Shown: positions 1 through 9,468, numbered from the stretch's first letter. The stretch: 64,000 nt of DNA from Chryseobacterium gleum (GCA_945872795.1 CAMCAZ010000006.1:13403-77402); one strand, 5' to 3'. Notes: generated from the letters alone by a model not told the origin. A program made the numbers and translations.

Positions 1-36
1 CGAACGGTGCTCATGCGCGTCCGTGGGATCTGCAGG

Positions 37-912
37 TCACGCCGCGCTCGTCTCCAGCTCCTTGCTCACCTTCTTGAACAGGCCCTGCAGCACGTTGCCA
101 GGTCCCACTTCGATCACCTTTGTCGCGCCACCGGCCAGCATGTTCTGCATGGTCTGGGTCCAGCGCACGGGTGCGGTGAGCTGCGCGATCAGGTTGCCCT
201 TGATGCGGGCCGGATCGGTGTGCGGGCGCGCATCCACGTTCTGGTAGATGGGGCAGCGTGGGTTCACGATGGGGGTGTAGGCGATGGCCGTTTCCAGTTC
301 CACGCGGGCGGGCTCCATCAGCGGGCTGTGGAAGGCACCGCCCACCTGCAGCACCAATGCACGCTTGGCACCTGCGGCCTTCAGGGCTTCGCAGGCGGCG
401 TTCACCGCTTCGATGCTGCCACTGATCACCAACTGGCCGGGGCAGTTGTAGTTGGCGGGCACCACCACGCCCGGGATGGTCTTGCAGATCTCCTCCACTT
501 TATCGTCCTCCATGCCCAGGATCGCCGCCATGGTGCTGGGCTGCAGCTCGCAGGCCTTCTGCATGGCATTGGCGCGTGCCGCCACCAGCTTCAATCCGTC
601 GGCGAACTCCATGGCCCCGGCGGCCACCAGCGCACTGAACTCGCCGAGTGAATGGCCGGCGACCATGCTGGGCTTGAAGGCATCGCCCAGGACCTTCGCC
701 TTCACCACGCTGTGCAGGAAGATCGCAGGCTGCGTCACGTTGGTCTGTTTCAGGTCGGCCTCGCTGCCGCTGAACATCACGTTCGTGAGGTTGAAGCCCA
801 GCAGGTCGTTGGCATGCTCGAACCAGATGCGGGCATTGCTGTCCGCCTCATAGAGCTCCTTGCCCATTCCGGGGAACTGGCTGCCTTGGCCTGGGAAAAC
901 GTATGCGGTCAT
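37..912 (-). CDS. fabD: malonyl-CoA:ACP transacylase
   Basis: 291-aa ORF with N-terminal FPGQGSQ and active-site GHSLGE motifs. Confidence 0.93.
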   Translation of the reverse strand: MTAYVFPGQGSQFPGMGKELYEADSNARIWFEHANDLLGFNLTNVMFSGSEADLKQTNVTQPAIFLHSVVKAKVLGDAFKPSMVAGHSLGEFSALVAAGAMEFADGLKLVAARANAMQKACELQPSTMAAILGMEDDKVEEICKTIPGVVVPANYNCPGQLVISGSIEAVNAACEALKAAGAKRALVLQVGGAFHSPLMEPARVELETAIAYTPIVNPRCPIYQNVDARPHTDPARIKGNLIAQLTAPVRWTQTMQNMLAGGATKVIEVGPGNVLQGLFKKVSKELETSAA

Positions 913-1008
913 GCGGTCGGGGTCGTTGGAGGTTGGATGTTCACGGATGCTGGGTGTTGGCTGCTACGTGCAACCTTCCACCCACCAGGCGCAACCATCA
1001 AAAGGACC

Positions 1009-1752
1009 TTAGTCCCTGCGGCCGAACAGGCGCAGCAGCATCAGGAACAGGTTGATGAAGTCGAGGTAGAGGCTCAACGCACCCATCAGGGCCATCTTCT
1101 GGGCGGTCTCGGTGCCGCTGATCACCACTTCGCCCATGCGCTTCAGCTTCTGCACATCGTAGGCCGTGAGGCCGGTGAAGACCACCACACCGATGATGCT
1201 GATGACATAGTCCATGGTGCTGCTACCGAGGAACATGTTGATCACCGAGGCGATGACGATGCCGATCAGGCCGATCATCAGGATGCTGCCCAGCTTGGTG
1301 AGGTCGGTCTTGGTGGTGTATCCCGCCACGGCCATCAGGGTGAACACCGCCGCCGTGATGAAGAACACATTGGCGATGGACCCGACACTGTAGATCAGGA
1401 AGATGTAGCTCAGGCTGATGCCCATGATGGTGGCGAAGGCCAAAAAGGTGGCGAGCAACGCCGTGCCGCTCATCTTCTCCACCATGCCGCCCATCAGGAA
1501 CACCAGGCCCAGCGGAGCGAACATCACCACCCAGCCGAGGATGGTGTGGCTGCCGGTCTCGAAGTTGATGAGGTAGGCCAGCTTGGTCATGTCGCTGCCG
1601 AACCACCAGGCCATGACGCCGCTGATGACCAGGGCCATGGCCATGTAGCTGAACACGCTGGCGAGGAAGGTGCGTACGCTGGCTGCGGCAGCGCTATCGG
1701 GGCCGTAGATGACCTGTCCGGCCTGTTGGGGGGTGTAATTGGTCTGTTCCAT
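1009..1752 (-). CDS. Bax inhibitor-1/YccA family membrane protein
   Basis: ORF 1009-1794 trimmed to the Met at 1752 (MEQTNYTP...). Multiple hydrophobic helices and a basic C-terminal tail typical of BI-1/YccA. Confidence 0.8.
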   Translation of the reverse strand: MEQTNYTPQQAGQVIYGPDSAAAASVRTFLASVFSYMAMALVISGVMAWWFGSDMTKLAYLINFETGSHTILGWVVMFAPLGLVFLMGGMVEKMSGTALLATFLAFATIMGISLSYIFLIYSVGSIANVFFITAAVFTLMAVAGYTTKTDLTKLGSILMIGLIGIVIASVINMFLGSSTMDYVISIIGVVVFTGLTAYDVQKLKRMGEVVISGTETAQKMALMGALSLYLDFINLFLMLLRLFGRRD

Positions 1753-1768
1753 GTTCGGGTGGGTGTTT

Positions 1769-1798
1769 GTCGACCCGTGTGGTCGACGGTACAAGTGC
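1769..1798 (+). repeat. REP-like palindromic element, copy C (GTCGACCC-N4-GGTCGACG-N-TACA-R-GTGC)
   Basis: gtcgacccgtgtggtcgacggtacaagtgc; 7-bp hairpin. 24/30 identical to the minus-strand reading of 62911-62940. Lies in the folE to BI-1 spacer. Confidence 0.6.
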
Positions 1799-1817
1799 TT
1801 TGGTCAGGATCGGTGGA

Positions 1818-2447
1818 TCAGTGTAAACGGGCGCTGATCAGTTTGATGAATTCCTCACGCGTGCGGTGGTCGTCCAGAAAGATACCGGTGAAAGCTGATG
1901 TGGTCGTCACCGAGTTCTGTTTCTGGATGCCGCGCATCTGCATGCAAAGATGGCTGCATTCCATCACCACGGCCACCCCGAGGGGTTCCAAGGTCGTGTG
2001 GATGCAGTCGCGGATCTCGTTGGTCAGGCGTTCCTGCACCTGCAGGCGGCGGGCATAGGCATCCACTACCCGGGGGATCTTGCTCAGCCCAACGATGCGT
2101 CCGTTGGGGATGTAGGCCACGTGCGCCTTGCCGAAGAAAGGCAGCATATGGTGCTCGCACATGGAGTAGACCTCGATGTCCTTCACCACCACCATCTGGC
2201 TGTAGGCTTCGGTGAACATCGCACTGCGCAGGATGGCGGCCGGTTCCAGGTCGTAGCCGTGGGTGAGGTACTGCAACGCCTTGGCCACCCGTTCAGGGGT
2301 CTTCAGCAGACCTTCCCGCTGGGGGTCCTCGCCGATGGCCTCCAAGATCTGGGCGTAGTGCCCGCTGATCTGTTCGATGCGGGCTGGATCGTACTGGTCG
2401 ATCCGCTCGTAGCCTTCGCCGGTGGGCTCGTGCTCAGTGGAAGTCAT
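1818..2447 (-). CDS. folE: GTP cyclohydrolase I
   Basis: [15 protein letters not shown] and QERLT motifs; start trimmed to MTSTEHE at 2447. Confidence 0.92.
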   Translation of the reverse strand: MTSTEHEPTGEGYERIDQYDPARIEQISGHYAQILEAIGEDPQREGLLKTPERVAKALQYLTHGYDLEPAAILRSAMFTEAYSQMVVVKDIEVYSMCEHHMLPFFGKAHVAYIPNGRIVGLSKIPRVVDAYARRLQVQERLTNEIRDCIHTTLEPLGVAVVMECSHLCMQMRGIQKQNSVTTTSAFTGIFLDDHRTREEFIKLISARLH

Positions 2448-2600
2448 CTCGAGATCGCTTTTGTAGGGCACGCGGGAATCCTTTCGCGAGCATGTGAGGC
2501 GCGAAACCCGCGCAGAGCTGGATGCTCTGTAAGGGTGTAGCAACGAAGCAGGCACGTGAAAGGAACCGGCGGGACCCAAAGGGTGGTCTCGAGTTGACTT

Positions 2601-3020
2601 CTATTCGCCATGGTACTCGACGTAATTGTTCTCTGTCTCCTCCACCTTCACGGTCTTCAGCGTCACGCCCAGGGCTTTGACGGGCGCCTCCAGCTGTTCC
2701 CAGATCGCCACGGCCAGGTTCTCGGTGCTGCTGTATCGGCCCTTCATGAACGGCACGTCGAGGTCGATGTTCTTGTGGTCGAGCTGGTCGATGACGTTCG
2801 CCTTGATGATCCGGCTCAGTTCGCTGAGGTCGGTCACGAAGCTGGTCTCCGGATCCGGTTCACCGGCCACGGTCACCCATAGCACGTAGTTGTGGCCGTG
2901 CCAATTGGGGTTGGAGCACTTGCCGAAGGTGGCGTAGTTCTGCTCCAGGCTCCAGTCGGGGCGGCTCAGTTTGTGCGCCGCACTGAAGCGTTCGCGGCGG
3001 GTGATGTGGACGATGGGCAT
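2601..3020 (-). CDS. 6-pyruvoyl-tetrahydropterin / 6-carboxy-tetrahydropterin synthase family protein
   Basis: 139 aa with FSAAHKL and CSNPNWHGHNY (Cys plus His zinc ligands). Adjacent to folE. Confidence 0.85.
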   Translation of the reverse strand: MPIVHITRRERFSAAHKLSRPDWSLEQNYATFGKCSNPNWHGHNYVLWVTVAGEPDPETSFVTDLSELSRIIKANVIDQLDHKNIDLDVPFMKGRYSSTENLAVAIWEQLEAPVKALGVTLKTVKVEETENNYVEYHGE

Positions 3021-3023
3021 GGG

Positions 3024-3069
3024 GGTGCAAAGGTAGGGGCGTGAAATTTCACGCCCCTACCTTTGCACC
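3024..3069. promoter_or_regulatory. perfect 46-bp palindrome carrying two mirrored TACCTTTG -7 boxes for divergent genes
   Basis: ggtgcaaaggtaggggcgtgaaa / tttcacgcccctacctttgcacc, 23+23 nt with no mismatch. Boxes at 3058-3065 (+) and 3028-3035 (-). Start codons lie 4 nt (+, 3070) and 7 nt (-, 3020) beyond the boxes. Confidence 0.7.
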
Positions 3070-4038
3070 ATGATCATCGTTACCGGAGCGGCAGGCTTCA
3101 TCGGCAGTGCCCTGGTGGGCGAACTACTGCGCCAGGGGTGGCAGGACATCGTGGCCGTGGACGACTTCTCCCGGGCGGACAAGGAGCCCAACCTGGCGGG
3201 CAAGACCCTCAGCGCCAAGATCGACCGCAAGGACTTCTTCACCTGGCTCGATGCCAACGAGAAGCTCGTTCAGTTCATCTTCCACCTCGGTGCCCGCACG
3301 GATACCACGGAGTTCAACACGGCCATCTTCGACGAGCTGAACCTGCACTACAGCCAGCGCATGTGGGAGGCCTGCGTCAAGTACGGCATCCCGCTGGTCT
3401 ATGCCTCCAGCGCCGCCACCTACGGCGATGGCGACCTAGGCTACAGCGACCAGGACGATACCCTGCCATACCAGCTGAAGCCCTTGAACCCCTATGGCGA
3501 CAGCAAGAACGACTTCGACAAGTGGGCGCTGGCACAAGCGGAGAAGCCCTACTTCTGGGCCGGCCTGAAGTTCTTCAATGTCTATGGCCCCAACGAGTAC
3601 CACAAGGGGCGCATGGCCAGTGTGGTGTTCCACGCCTTCAACCAGATCACGGCCACGGGCGGGATGAAGCTCTTCCGCAGCCACCGCCCCGACTACAAGG
3701 ACGGCGAGCAGCTCCGGGATTTCGTCTATGTGAAGGATGTCTGCAACGTCTGCCTGTTCCTGATGGAGCACCGCACCCACAGCGGCCTCTACAACCTGGG
3801 CAGTGGCCGGGCGCGCACCTTCCTGGACCTGGTGCGGGCCACTTTCTCGGCGATGGGCAAGGAGGAGCACATCTCCTTCGTGGACACACCGGTCGACATC
3901 CGGGACAAGTACCAGTACTTCACCGAGGCCGACATGCGGAAGCTGCAGGGCATCGGCTACACCACACCGTTCACGGCCCTGGAGGATGGCGTTCGCGACT
4001 ACGTGAGCAACTACCTCAGCGGTAAACGCTATTCCTGA
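3070..4038 (+). CDS. hldD: ADP-L-glycero-D-manno-heptose 6-epimerase-like NAD-dependent epimerase
   Basis: MIIVTGAAGFIGS Rossmann start, YASSAATYG, NPYGDSK (YxxxK), FNVYGP..HKGRMASV; collinear with HldD/RfaD. Confidence 0.82.
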   Translation: MIIVTGAAGFIGSALVGELLRQGWQDIVAVDDFSRADKEPNLAGKTLSAKIDRKDFFTWLDANEKLVQFIFHLGARTDTTEFNTAIFDELNLHYSQRMWEACVKYGIPLVYASSAATYGDGDLGYSDQDDTLPYQLKPLNPYGDSKNDFDKWALAQAEKPYFWAGLKFFNVYGPNEYHKGRMASVVFHAFNQITATGGMKLFRSHRPDYKDGEQLRDFVYVKDVCNVCLFLMEHRTHSGLYNLGSGRARTFLDLVRATFSAMGKEEHISFVDTPVDIRDKYQYFTEADMRKLQGIGYTTPFTALEDGVRDYVSNYLSGKRYS

Positions 4039-4045
4039 GCCGCGT

Positions 4046-4393
4046 TCACTCTTCGTCGCGCAGACGGAGCAGCCCTTCCCGGATCTCCAGCAGGCGCTGA
4101 CGCAGGTCGTCCTGCGGGGTGTCGGTCGCCACGGCTTCCGAGGGTTCGCGCCGAAGCTGTTCCCGGGCCCCTTGCAGGGTGAATCCCTGCTCCTTCACCA
4201 GGTGCTTGATGCGCTTCAGTAGCTCGATGTCCTTCGCCGTGTAAAGCCTGTCGCCGCGCCCGGTGCGCTTGGGGCGGATCATGCCGAACTCCTTCTCCCA
4301 GTAGCGGATCAGCGAGGTGTTCACGCCCATCTGCTCGGCCACCTCGCCGATGGGCCAATACAGTCGTTCGACGATCTTTTCCTTGTAGGGCAT
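4046..4393 (-). CDS. MerR family transcriptional regulator
   Basis: 115 aa with N-terminal HTH YWPIGEVAEQMGVNTSLIRYWEKEFG. Confidence 0.85.
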   Translation of the reverse strand: MPYKEKIVERLYWPIGEVAEQMGVNTSLIRYWEKEFGMIRPKRTGRGDRLYTAKDIELLKRIKHLVKEQGFTLQGAREQLRREPSEAVATDTPQDDLRQRLLEIREGLLRLRDEE

Positions 4394-4403
4394 GCCGGGT
4401 CGC

Positions 4404-4411
4404 CAAATGTA
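4404..4411 (-). promoter_or_regulatory. Bacteroidota-type -7 box TACATTTG upstream of the merR-like gene
   Basis: Plus strand caaatgta is TACATTTG on the minus strand, 10 nt upstream of the ATG at 4393. Confidence 0.45.
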
Positions 4412-4415
4412 CCGA

Positions 4416-5387
4416 TCAGTCCAGCGACTGCCCCGCGTTGCGCGAGATCTCCAGCATCCGGGCGTATTCCTCGGGCGTGAGGTCGTTGAAGTAGTAGTTC
4501 GCCGGGTCCACGGGTTCGCCGTTCTTGTGCACTTCGTAGTGCAGGTGCGGTCCGGCGCTCAAACCGGTGTTCCCCACCAGGCCGATCACATCCCCCCGCT
4601 TCACCTTCTGGCCGCTGCGCACCTTGAGCTCGCTCAGGTGGGCATAGAGGGTCTGATAGTCGAAGCCATGGTCCACCACCACGTGGGTGCCGTAGCCGTT
4701 GGTGGCGTAGTCCGCGAAGTTCACGCGTCCATCGCCCGTGGCATAGATGGGCGTGCCGGTCTTGGCGGTGAAATCCATGCCGGCGTGGAACTTGGGGATC
4801 TTGTGGATCGGGTGGATCCGCATGCCGAAGCCCCCGGCCGTCTGGGTGAGGTCCTCATTGGGGATGGGCTGCACGGCCGGGATGCTGGCCAGCATCTCCT
4901 TCTTCCGCATCACCAGCTGGGCCACCTCATCAAAGGAGCGGGATTGCACCACCATCTGGCGGGTCAGTTGATCCAAGCGCTTGCGGGTGTCGATCACCAG
5001 GTCGCTGCTCGCGAAACCGTCGAGGTCCCGGTAGCGGTTCACCCCGCCGGACCCCGCCTGTCGCATGGTGGAGGGGATGGGCTCCGCTTCGAAGATCACC
5101 CGGTAGATGTTGTCATCGCGTCGCCGCACGTCGCCCAGCACGCGGTCCACCTCGCCGAGCTGCTTGTTCAGCAGTTCGTACTGGAGCAATAGTTGCTGGT
5201 TCTCGCGGCGCAGGGTGGCCTCCTTCGGGCTGTCCACGAACTGGTACACGAGGAAGATGCCCAACAATCCCACGATCAGGCCGGGGGAGAGCATCAGCAA
5301 CAGGCGCTTCGCCTTCTGCCAGGCCGACAGGCGGATCCGCTCGAAATTGAGCGTCTGGGGGTTGAAGCGGTACTTATGCTCGGGCAT
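4416..5387 (-). CDS. M23 family metallopeptidase
   Basis: N-terminal TM segment, coiled region, HAGMDF and GPHLHYEV motifs. Confidence 0.88.
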   Translation of the reverse strand: MPEHKYRFNPQTLNFERIRLSAWQKAKRLLLMLSPGLIVGLLGIFLVYQFVDSPKEATLRRENQQLLLQYELLNKQLGEVDRVLGDVRRRDDNIYRVIFEAEPIPSTMRQAGSGGVNRYRDLDGFASSDLVIDTRKRLDQLTRQMVVQSRSFDEVAQLVMRKKEMLASIPAVQPIPNEDLTQTAGGFGMRIHPIHKIPKFHAGMDFTAKTGTPIYATGDGRVNFADYATNGYGTHVVVDHGFDYQTLYAHLSELKVRSGQKVKRGDVIGLVGNTGLSAGPHLHYEVHKNGEPVDPANYYFNDLTPEEYARMLEISRNAGQSLD

Positions 5388-5517
5388 GGCGGCCAGGGCG
5401 ATGAACGGCCAAGATAGCCACTGGTCACTGGCATGGGCGGTCCCCGGCGCCGGCCGACTGTTAAAGAATGTGGATCATGCCCCACGCCCGGGGCTGGCAG
5501 GCAGTCACCCGGCGCGG

Positions 5518-5525
5518 TACTTTTG
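5518..5525 (+). promoter_or_regulatory. -7 box TACTTTTG upstream of alaS
   Basis: Exact TAnnTTTG match, 18 nt before the ATG at 5544. Confidence 0.5.
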
Positions 5526-5543
5526 CCGCCTCTTATGCCCCCC

Positions 5544-8150
5544 ATGCTCACCTCCCGCGAGATCCGCCAGAAGTTCCTCGACCATTTCGCCCGCCACGGC
5601 CACACCATCGTGCCCAGCGCACCCATGGTCGTGAAGGACGATCCCACGCTCATGTTCACCAACGCGGGCATGAACCAGTTCAAGGACCTGTTCCTGGGCA
5701 ACCGCGAGGCGAAACACAAGCGCATCGCCGACACGCAGAAATGCCTGCGCGTTTCCGGCAAGCACAACGACTTGGAGGAAGTAGGCATCGACACCTACCA
5801 CCACACCATGTTCGAGATGCTCGGCAACTGGAGCTTCGGCGACTACTTCAAGGCCGAGGCGATCCAGTGGGCGTGGGAACTGCTGGTGGACGAGTACAAG
5901 ATCAACACGAACGACCTCTACGTCACCTACTTCGGTGGCGATGCCAAGGACGGGCTGGAGCCCGATGAGGAGACCCGTCAGCTCTGGCTGAAGTACCTGC
6001 CTTCCGAGCGCATCCTGCCCTTCAGCAAGAAGGACAACTTCTGGGAGATGGGCGACACCGGCCCCTGCGGCCCCTGCACGGAGATCCACGTGGATGTGCG
6101 CACGGTCGGGGAAAAGGCCGCCAAGCCCGGCAAGGAGCTCGTGAACAACGACCACCCACAGGTGATCGAGATCTGGAACAACGTGTTCATGCAGTTCGAG
6201 CGCAAGGCCGATGGCTCCCTGCACACCCTGCCCGCCCAGCATGTGGATACCGGCATGGGCTTCGAGCGCTTGTGCATGGTGCTGCAAGGGAAGCGCAGCA
6301 ACTACGACACCGATGTGTTCCAGCCGCTGATCCAAGCCTTGGCGAAGCAGTGCGGGAAGCCTTACGGTGCCGAAGAGAAGGCAGACATCGCCATGCGCGT
6401 GATCGCCGACCACCTGCGAGCCATCTCCTTTGCCATCGCCGATGGCCAACTGCCGAGTAATACCGGTGCGGGCTATGTCATCCGCCGGATCCTGCGCCGC
6501 GCCGTGCGTTATGGCTACAGTTTCCTCGGTTTCAACGAGCCGTTCATGCACAACCTGGTACCTGTGCTCGTAGGCCAGATGGGCGATCAGTTCCCGGAAC
6601 TGAGGAAGCAGCAGGACATTGTGAAGAACGTGATGCTGGAGGAGGAGAAAGCCTTTCTGCGCACGCTGGAACAAGGCACCAAACGTATCGAGCAGGCGCT
6701 TGTGGAAAGCAAGGGAGTGCTGCCCGGAGACAAGGCCTTCGAGCTCTTCGATACCTACGGATTCCCTATCGACCTCACGCAGCTAATGGCGCGCGAACAA
6801 GGCCGCGAGGTGGACATGGCAGGCTTTGAGGCCGAGCTGAAGAAGCAAAAGGACCGCAGCCGCGCCGCCACGGCGGTCACCACCGGCGACTGGGTGGAGC
6901 TGAAGAAAGGAGAGACCGAATTCGTCGGCTACGATGAGCTCAGCACCACAGCCCGCATCCTGCGCTACCGAAAGGTCAGCGGCAAGGGCGGCGACCAATT
7001 CCAGATCGTACTCGATCGCACGCCCTTCTACCCCGAAGGCGGTGGCCAGGTGGGCGACCTGGGCTGGCTGATCCACGGCGATGACCAGGTGGAGGTGATC
7101 GACACCAAGCGTGAGAACCAGCTCATCGTCCACTTCACGAAGGACCTGCCGAAGAACGTGGAAGCGGCGCTCACCGCCCAGGTGGACACTTCGCGTCGTG
7201 CACTCACTGCACGCAATCACACCGCCACGCACCTCCTGCACCACGTGCTCCGCAAGCACCTGGGCACGCACGTGGAGCAGAAGGGCTCGCTGGTGGCACC
7301 GGACCGCCTGCGCTTCGACATCAGCCACTTCGCCAAGGTGACGCCCGAGGAGTTGGCCACCATCGAGCACGAGGTGAACGCCATGATCGCCGAGGACATC
7401 GTCTTCGAGGACAAGCGCAACGTGCCCATCGCGGAGGCGAAGAACATGGGTGCCATGGCGCTCTTCGGCGAGAAGTACGGAGACAATGTGCGTGTGGTGA
7501 AGTTCGGCCCCAGCGTGGAACTCTGCGGTGGAACGCATGTGCCGCGCACCGGCACCATCGGCCCCTTCCGCATCATCAGCGAAAGCGCGCTGGCCGCGGG
7601 CATCCGCCGCATCGAGGCCATCACCAGCGTGGAGGCCGAGCGCATGATCAACGAGAAGTTGGCCAAGCTGGATGCCCTCAACATCCTGCTGAAGAACCCG
7701 GCCGACATCGTGCAAGCGGTGGAGAAGCTCATGGAGCAACACGCCGCCATGGGCAAGGAGCTCGAGAAGTTCGCCAAGGAGAAGGTGAAGGGCCTCGCCG
7801 CTTCATTGCCTGCCAACGCGAAGGCCAACGGCAAGGGTGCCAAGTTCCTTGTGGAACGCCTGGACCTCGATGCCCAAAGCCTGAAGGACCTGGGCTACCA
7901 GTTGCGCGAGCAGCAACCCGATCTCGCTTTTATCGCAGGATCCGTGATCGACGGCAAGCCGATGTTGGCCGTTTCGCTGGGGAAGAGCTTCATGGAAGCT
8001 TCCGGCTTGAAGGCCGGTGACCTCATCAAGCAGCTCGGACCACTGATCAAAGGCGGTGGGGGAGGCCAACCCGATTTCGCGACGGCAGGCGGCAAAGAGC
8101 CCGGTGGCATGGCGGAAGCTCTGAAGCTGGCGGCGGAGCTGTTGGGCTGA
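5544..8150 (+). CDS. alaS: alanine--tRNA ligase
   Basis: ORF 5433-8150 trimmed to MLTSREIRQKFLDHF. FTNAGMNQFK, WNNVFMQF, HTATHLLH and CGGTH motifs; C-terminal GGGGGQPDFATAGGK. Confidence 0.95.
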   Translation: MLTSREIRQKFLDHFARHGHTIVPSAPMVVKDDPTLMFTNAGMNQFKDLFLGNREAKHKRIADTQKCLRVSGKHNDLEEVGIDTYHHTMFEMLGNWSFGDYFKAEAIQWAWELLVDEYKINTNDLYVTYFGGDAKDGLEPDEETRQLWLKYLPSERILPFSKKDNFWEMGDTGPCGPCTEIHVDVRTVGEKAAKPGKELVNNDHPQVIEIWNNVFMQFERKADGSLHTLPAQHVDTGMGFERLCMVLQGKRSNYDTDVFQPLIQALAKQCGKPYGAEEKADIAMRVIADHLRAISFAIADGQLPSNTGAGYVIRRILRRAVRYGYSFLGFNEPFMHNLVPVLVGQMGDQFPELRKQQDIVKNVMLEEEKAFLRTLEQGTKRIEQALVESKGVLPGDKAFELFDTYGFPIDLTQLMAREQGREVDMAGFEAELKKQKDRSRAATAVTTGDWVELKKGETEFVGYDELSTTARILRYRKVSGKGGDQFQIVLDRTPFYPEGGGQVGDLGWLIHGDDQVEVIDTKRENQLIVHFTKDLPKNVEAALTAQVDTSRRALTARNHTATHLLHHVLRKHLGTHVEQKGSLVAPDRLRFDISHFAKVTPEELATIEHEVNAMIAEDIVFEDKRNVPIAEAKNMGAMALFGEKYGDNVRVVKFGPSVELCGGTHVPRTGTIGPFRIISESALAAGIRRIEAITSVEAERMINEKLAKLDALNILLKNPADIVQAVEKLMEQHAAMGKELEKFAKEKVKGLAASLPANAKANGKGAKFLVERLDLDAQSLKDLGYQLREQQPDLAFIAGSVIDGKPMLAVSLGKSFMEASGLKAGDLIKQLGPLIKGGGGGQPDFATAGGKEPGGMAEALKLAAELLG
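8089..8113 (+). repeat. left copy of a 25-bp direct repeat, inside the alaS 3' end
   Basis: gcggcaaagagcccggtggcatggc, identical to 9661-9685. Confidence 0.9.
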
Positions 8151-8246
8151 GGTGTTGCGGGGCGGCGGCGGCCTCGCCTACCGCGTCCGGTCATCCGACA
8201 CTCCCAGGATGCCTACGATACCCTGCTGCCCTTCTTCGATGAATGC

Positions 8247-8567
8247 ATGGACATGCACGAGGAGTTCTGGATCGTGCTCCTCGATCGCGCCAACCGCGCC
8301 AAAGGCGTCTTCAAGGTGAGCCAGGGAGGCATCTCGGGCACCACCTGCGATCCCAGGCTGGTCTTCTCCTGCGCCCTCAAATGCCTCGCCTCAAGCATCG
8401 TCCTCGCTCACAACCATCCCAGCGGCCAGCTCCGCCCCAGCGAGGAGGACATCCGCCTCACCCGCAAGCTCATCGAAGGCGCCCGATACCTGGACCTCTC
8501 CATCCACGATCACGTCATCCTCTCCCGGGATGGGTTCTACAGTTTCTCGGACAATGGGATGATGTGA
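8247..8567 (+). CDS. RadC-family JAB/MPN domain protein, apparently lacking its native 5' end
   Basis: HNHPSG JAMM-like motif, EEFWIVLLDRANR, FYSFSDNGMM C-terminus. Family-like sequence (IRHSQDAYDTLLPFF) continues upstream of the first ATG with no ATG/GTG/TTG back to the alaS stop. Confidence 0.65.
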   Translation: MDMHEEFWIVLLDRANRAKGVFKVSQGGISGTTCDPRLVFSCALKCLASSIVLAHNHPSGQLRPSEEDIRLTRKLIEGARYLDLSIHDHVILSRDGFYSFSDNGMM

Positions 8568-8574
8568 GGGGTCC

Positions 8575-9468
8575 CTATTGGGTCGGTCCGTTGTCCACCT
8601 GGGCCTCCAAGGCCGCCTGTATCCCTGCGGACACCAGGCTCAACAGGTCCAGCCCCGTGCTGTCTTCGATGGCGTCCACGCTCGTGCGGTACTCATGCCA
8701 GTCCATGGCATCCACCGACTGCGTGTTGGGCATGTCCACCGCGATCACCCGTGTGCCCGGTGATACACGCTGCACATCATCCGTGCCCACCGGCATCACC
8801 ACCAATACCTTCCAGTAGCGCGACGGGACCGTGATGTCCCCGCCTGCAATGGTCTGTGTGGTGTTCAGCGTGCTGCCCACACCGCCGCTGCCGTAGCCGC
8901 CCGCATAGATGTACAGCTCATGGCCCTGCGTCATGAGCTCACGTGTGTACGCCTCCAAGGCCACCCATGTGATCTGGTTCAACCGCGGTGCCTGCGGCAT
9001 GATGTTGCTCATCCGGAAGGTGGCCTCATTGTCCGCATCCGTGGCATCCCGGTCCTCGCTCGGACACATGTGCCCACGGTCAAATCCCGTGTTCGTGTAG
9101 TCCGAGCTCACCACCCGGAAGAAGGACAAGGGCAAGGCCTGGTCCATCGCGTAACAATCACAGCGCGGCGCGGGGCCCTTCCACGCCGTGCTCAGGTGCC
9201 ACGCCACCCACTTGGCCGTGCCCCGGCTGTTGTCGTACGCCAACACGTACTGGCTCTTCGACACCAGGTAGTTGTCCGGAACCACCACGCTCGGTAAGGC
9301 TTCGCTCGGGTTGCCCAACGTCAGGTGGTCGTCACGCGTGGCCGCGCCATCGTCCACCACCGGAACCTCCGGCTCCACCGGGTCCTCCTTGCGGCAGCCC
9401 GCAAGGACAATGGCCGCCGCAAGCAGCCAGACCATTCCACGACCGCCGTTCATCCACATGCTTCGCAT
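8575..9468 (-). CDS. secreted DNA/RNA non-specific endonuclease (DRGH beta-beta-alpha-Me family), lipoprotein
   Basis: DRGHMCPSEDR active-site motif. ORF trimmed to MRSMWMNGGRGMVWLLAAAIVLAGC (lipobox). Confidence 0.85.
   Translation of the reverse strand: MRSMWMNGGRGMVWLLAAAIVLAGCRKEDPVEPEVPVVDDGAATRDDHLTLGNPSEALPSVVVPDNYLVSKSQYVLAYDNSRGTAKWVAWHLSTAWKGPAPRCDCYAMDQALPLSFFRVVSSDYTNTGFDRGHMCPSEDRDATDADNEATFRMSNIMPQAPRLNQITWVALEAYTRELMTQGHELYIYAGGYGSGGVGSTLNTTQTIAGGDITVPSRYWKVLVVMPVGTDDVQRVSPGTRVIAVDMPNTQSVDAMDWHEYRTSVDAIEDSTGLDLLSLVSAGIQAALEAQVDNGPTQ

Noticed and set aside
3041-3052. CRP/FNR-type operator at the palindrome centre (GTGAAATTTCAC)
   Set aside because: The half-site spacing (GTGA-N4-TCAC) does not match the CRP (N6) or FNR (TTGAT-N4-ATCAA) consensus. 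Nothing beyond symmetry supports a specific regulator.
8148-8150. Programmed TGA readthrough or recoding that would fuse AlaRS to the RadC/JAB domain
   Set aside because: Only the shared reading frame supports it, which has a 1 in 3 probability by chance. There is no recoding signal I can recognise, and AlaRS ends at a normal C-terminus. Kept only as a minor alternative under the RadC finding.
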